Source of the DNA: Eledone cirrhosa
Taxonomy: Eukaryota
Reading direction: 5' to 3'
Length of the DNA: 64,000 nucleotides
Assembly (NCBI GenBank): GCA_964016885.1
Contig: OZ024745.1
Span: 50,530,001 to 50,594,000, forward strand
Shown here: in pieces, positions 63,601 to 64,000 of the stretch
How the letters are laid out: each line of letters opens with the position of its first letter
How positions within the stretch are numbered: the first letter of the stretch is position 1
The notes under the pieces: generated by a model
Database searches by the model: none
The model's input: the letters and a program-made list of their open reading frames with translations, nothing else
What the model was told of the DNA's origin: nothing
Translations under genes and position numbers: made by a program

Positions 63601-64000
63601 GGAATAAGTGGGCAAAGAAGAAGAAGAATTTTCAAATATATTCATCTATATAAGAAACGTATTTAGTTACTATCTTAATAATGAAATAATAATTTTAGTA
63701 AATCCTTAAAAATTCTTCATTATCCCTTTTAATATCCATTTGACCAAAACCAGCTCTGGTTCTATGAAACAAATTACTCATTTTAAAAGGCTTTATTTAA
63801 ATTATAATCTTCAATATAACTTCTATATAAGAACCATGTTTTGTAACAAACTAATTAATAGTTTTAGTAAATCCCTCAAAATTCTTCATTAATTAATTGA
63901 AAAATAGTGTATTTCATTAGAAAAATAGTGTATTTCACGAGAGGGTTAAACTTATGTATTTTTGTTTATGTCCATCTTGTAACTGTGCCCCTATATGCCA

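Overview
Eukaryotic, AT-rich, repeat-saturated animal DNA. The (TA)n arrays, RTE LINEs with (GAT)n tails and CORE-like tRNA-SINEs suggest a mollusc, probably an octopus; this is inference only. One host gene is supported: a + strand inhibitor-of-apoptosis gene (BIR-BIR-RING, 401 aa) in 4 exons (6067-6475, 55769-55917, 57076-57526, 58739-58935), with all splice phases matching. Its 49.3-kb first intron splits BIR2 and holds RTE LINEs with a PHD-like finger inside the RT, Penelope-like (GIY-YIG) fragments, CR1 remnants, SINEs, TA- and TTAA-targeting MITEs, a 1528-bp triplication, a ~6.2-kb-spaced duplication and about 12-13 kb of (TA)n arrays. The most notable non-coding signal is a dozen or more minimal type I hammerhead ribozyme motifs from several Penelope-associated families. 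Many sit in fold-back palindromes, some have a CCGANGA variant core, and several are in the sense orientation of the IAP pre-mRNA. The long Tyr/Ile ORFs are microsatellite artefacts.
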